64,000 bases of DNA. Source: a virus. This document shows positions 63,980 through 64,000 of the stretch, piece by piece. The notes below the pieces were generated by a model that was given only the letters and a program-made list of their open reading frames with translations, did not search any database and was not told the origin of the DNA. Each line of letters begins with the position of its first letter. Positions within the stretch are counted from its first letter, which is position 1. A program made the translations under genes and the position numbers. The stretch covers positions 32,001 to 96,000 of the IMG/VR virus record IMGVR_UViG_3300021962_008382, one strand, 5' to 3'.

Positions 63980-64000
63980 AAAACCTCATAAGGGGGGACA

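Noticed and set aside
1-64000. Stop-codon reassignment
   Set aside because: Core genes are full length in the standard code and TAA, TAG and TGA all end genes.

Overview
This is a 64 kb piece of a large T4-like myovirus genome with almost all genes on the minus strand. In transcription order (high to low coordinate) it holds: tail-fibre genes; six tandem Cys-rich RCC1-repeat beta-propeller genes plus a DUF4376 gene; an enzyme cluster (methyltransferase, TPR-glycosyltransferase, sulfotransferase, further glycosyltransferases, Mrp/NBP35 Fe-S carrier, oxygenase/APS-kinase-like fusion); the T4 core block gp13-gp23, gp3, uvsY, uvsW, gp55; a 7-deazaguanine operon between gp55 and gp47/gp46 (queE, folE, PD-(D/E)XK nuclease, TGT-fold DpdA-like protein, formyltransferase, P-loop kinase, queF, two MazG-like proteins, queC, Ntn amidotransferase, queD); small accessory genes; an early island (about 3.1-9.2 kb) of repeated sigma70 promoter cassettes and paralogous mini-genes; and a stable-RNA region with two candidate ncRNAs, a tRNA 5' remnant, an HNH gene and tRNA-Leu(UAA). 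The two best candidates for new biology are (1) a virion-decoration system that may glycosylate, sulfate, methylate or metallate the RCC1 array, and (2) an extended, probably pre-replicative formyl-preQ1 DNA-modification operon with its own nuclease and a preQ1-riboswitch-like 5' UTR. All family calls come from motif recognition by eye; no searches were run.
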